This document shows positions 56,599-58,695 of a stretch of 58,695 nucleotides of DNA, piece by piece. Position numbers and translations under genes: made by a program. Where the stretch lies: NCBI GenBank assembly GCA_964657505.1, contig CAZZVO010000001.1, positions 1 through 58,695 of the forward strand, given 5' to 3'. The notes below the pieces were generated by a model that had not been told where the DNA came from, searched no databases, and worked only from the letters and a program-made list of their open reading frames with translations. The number at the start of each line of letters is the position of its first letter. The stretch's first letter is position 1. The DNA is from an uncultured Mucilaginibacter sp. Its GTDB lineage: Bacteria > Bacteroidota > Bacteroidia > Sphingobacteriales > Sphingobacteriaceae.

Positions 56599-58215
56599 TT
56601 ATGCCTGTTTTTTATGTGCCTTAATACAACCTGCAATTTGCTCCAAATACTGGTCGATCAAATCAACATGGATCGTATCGTTTAAATAACCGATATACAT
56701 ATCCGGTCGGACAATTACGGCTTTATGCTGATCTTCCTTCAACTCAAAATAATCAAAAACGGCTTTATTTTTTGCAGAAAAAGGCAGATAAAAAAAGTTT
56801 AATTGCTGCGGATAGGTTTGCGTAATCCATCGTGCCAGGTTAAACAAATCGTTTTCTTTTAGTTTTCCCAAAGCAATGAAAGTGAAGCCGGGTTTGCTGC
56901 ACCAGGCGTGTAAATCGGTTTCCTGCTTTTTTTTCTCATCAAAAATTTTGATAAAAGGCAAGCGGTCGCCAGCTTTAATATTTTCGGCTTTGCTTAGATT
57001 GAGGTTGATCTTACTGTTTCGGTAATCGATCCCAAGTTGTGAAATTGTTCTGAAACTGAACTCCCGGAAACTTTCCTTCTTCCACAAAAACTGAATTAAT
57101 TTTGGAAAGATATGATTTCGAAAAAAACGTTTAAAACTGTTTTGTGAGTTGATGAGATTGAAAAAACGGTCGGTGGTTTGCAGTAATTTCTTCGCAACTG
57201 GCATCCGCTCCTCAGCATAACTATTTAAAATAGAAGGCTGCAGTTTTTGGTTGATAACGCCAGCCAGTTTCCAGGCCAAATTGTAAGCATCCTGCAAACC
57301 CGTGTTCATGCCTTGTCCGCCAGCAGGCGAATGGATGTGCGCCGCATCGCCAATTAAAAAGCTTCTTTTATCCCTAAATTTTTCGGCCATACGATGATGG
57401 AGTTTGTAAATAGAAAAAGCGTGGCATTTTTGGATTGACAGATTTTTTGGCAAAGATTTGGATAAATCAGCTTCAATTTCTTCAAAAGAGACCACTTCCT
57501 GATCGGCAAATGCTTTTGACAAAGTTGACACAACACGAAAACGGTTTACGCCTTTCATCGGAAAAAGGCCGGTAAAAGAAGCATCGCCCATTTTTAAAGT
57601 AATTTGATTTTCCGCAAAACTTTGGTTCAATTCCACATCCGCCAAATAAAACTTGTTCGTATAAGCATCGCCTTTAAAATCAATGTTCAATTGTTTACGA
57701 ACCGAGCTGTGCGAACCATCGGCACCAACCAGCCAATCCGCCGTGATCGTGCTTCTTCTATCATCACTTTTTAGAGTTGCTTTTACCTGATTTTCTTCCT
57801 GAATGATTTCTTCTAAACTCGTATTCCAGTAAACCGGACAACAATTTTGGGTGAGAAAACCGAGCAGCAAACGTTCGTTTTTACTTTGTTCGAGCAAGTG
57901 GACAAACGGAAAAAGCGTACTGTTTTTACCGAGGTTTTTTAAGGATAAATTAACCAGTTCTCCATCATCATTTTGGATGGAAACACTTTCTGCCTGAATG
58001 CCTTCCTGCAAAGCCTGATCTGCCAAACCCATTTGCCGGTAAATTTCCATGGAACGTGCTTGGACAGCCAACGCTCGCGATTGATCTGTCGGGCCTTTTT
58101 TACTGTCGATAATTATAGGTTGGATGCCGTAACGAAGCAATTGCGCCGCCATCATCAGCCCGGAAGGCCCGGCGCCGACAATTAAAACGGGATAATGGCT
58201 TTCGGCAGGGATCAT
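56599..58215 (-). CDS. FAD-dependent monooxygenase
   Basis: VGAGPSG, VGADGSHSSVR, GDAAHIHSPAGGQGMNTGLQDA, VRPD.YIG. Confidence 0.9.
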   Translation of the reverse strand: MIPAESHYPVLIVGAGPSGLMMAAQLLRYGIQPIIIDSKKGPTDQSRALAVQARSMEIYRQMGLADQALQEGIQAESVSIQNDDGELVNLSLKNLGKNSTLFPFVHLLEQSKNERLLLGFLTQNCCPVYWNTSLEEIIQEENQVKATLKSDDRRSTITADWLVGADGSHSSVRKQLNIDFKGDAYTNKFYLADVELNQSFAENQITLKMGDASFTGLFPMKGVNRFRVVSTLSKAFADQEVVSFEEIEADLSKSLPKNLSIQKCHAFSIYKLHHRMAEKFRDKRSFLIGDAAHIHSPAGGQGMNTGLQDAYNLAWKLAGVINQKLQPSILNSYAEERMPVAKKLLQTTDRFFNLINSQNSFKRFFRNHIFPKLIQFLWKKESFREFSFRTISQLGIDYRNSKINLNLSKAENIKAGDRLPFIKIFDEKKKQETDLHAWCSKPGFTFIALGKLKENDLFNLARWITQTYPQQLNFFYLPFSAKNKAVFDYFELKEDQHKAVIVRPDMYIGYLNDTIHVDLIDQYLEQIAGCIKAHKKQA

Positions 58216-58293
58216 TTTTCTGGAACGAAAAAACCGTAAAATAGTTGAAATTTGCTCAAATTCCTGCTGATGCTTCTTTTATCAACTTAAAAC

Positions 58294-58695
58294 TTATAAG
58301 CGTTGCAGCAGAAAAATAGTTGGTTTTTTATGCAAATCCAGCGTTTGTTTCCGCCATTCCGCCACGTCTTTGGTGGCAATCATTTCATCGGCAGCCGTTA
58401 AATTACAGGCAATGCACAACAGCGTTTTTGGGTGTGCGCTTTTTAAAACTTCTTCCAGTAACTGGTTATTGCGGAAAGGCGTTTCCATAAAAATTTGCGT
58501 TTGCTGGTAACGTTCAGAAAGCGATTCTAACTCTTTAATTTTACGGGAACGTTCGGCTTTATCAATCGGTAAATAACCGTGAAAAGCAAACCGCTGTCCA
58601 TCAAAACCCGAAGCCATCAACGCCAGTAAAATCGAACTTGGCCCAACTAATGGCACCACTTTTATTCCTCTGCGATGCGCTTCGGCAACGATATC
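58294..58695 (-). CDS. RsmI-like tetrapyrrole-methylase-family SAM methyltransferase (5' end outside the window)
   Basis: VVPLVGPSSILLALMASG, FAFHGYLP, FMETPFRN. Confidence 0.85.
   Translation of the reverse strand, partial: DIVAEAHRRGIKVVPLVGPSSILLALMASGFDGQRFAFHGYLPIDKAERSRKIKELESLSERYQQTQIFMETPFRNNQLLEEVLKSAHPKTLLCIACNLTAADEMIATKDVAEWRKQTLDLHKKPTIFLLQRL

Larger units (their letters stand above)
456..58282. repeat. Dispersed, highly iterated motif RTAAAAGAAGYAT (uptake-sequence-like)
   Basis: At least 40 exact TAAAAGAAGYA copies counted by eye on both strands; positions are listed in the findings. Confidence 0.9.

Noticed and set aside
456-58282. Dispersed 13-mer as a CRISPR repeat or integron attC array
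   Set aside because: Too short, irregularly spaced, present in both orientations and inside housekeeping genes; no cas or integrase gene in the window.
456-58282. Motif as a Chi/KOPS-like polar site
   Set aside because: Hand counts are 28 plus/12 minus for the main word and 7 plus/11 minus for the variant, so it is not strongly polarised. It cannot be fully excluded without the whole genome.
1-58695. tRNA, rRNA, IS/transposase, prophage or riboswitch
   Set aside because: None recognised. Intergenic gaps are short and AT-rich, and no ORF has transposase, integrase or phage hallmarks.

Overview
Bacteroidota chromosomal segment, Sphingobacteriaceae-like by gene content and TAnnTTTG promoters. 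It is mostly housekeeping: carotenoid genes (crtB, crtI, crtZ, an ECF sigma factor), murB, lpdA, a glycosyltransferase/ABC envelope cluster, ompA, ridA, recG, the rplM-rpsI-rpsB-tsf-nagA-pyrH-frr block, and yicC-gmk-nadD-miaE. Accessory patches are a PIN toxin-antitoxin pair, a UDG-like two-gene insert, a LytTR two-component module (TonB receptor, DUF3500 lipoprotein, HupE/UreJ), and a WYL-associated defence-like island (frameshifted AAA ATPase, hypothetical protein, WYL, GmrSD-like). The strongest unexplained signal is a dispersed, non-palindromic motif, (TTTT-N5-6)-RTAAAAGAAGYAT. By hand count there are at least 40 exact copies of its 11-mer core TAAAAGAAGYA and about 18 of a TAAAAACAGYA variant. 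Copies lie on both strands, in many intergenic gaps, inside genes in several reading frames, and sometimes as inverted pairs. This distribution resembles a DNA-uptake sequence, which I do not know to be described in Bacteroidota. Shared candidate operators for the WYL and LytTR regulators and several REP-like repeat families are also visible. All counts and coordinates were read by eye.
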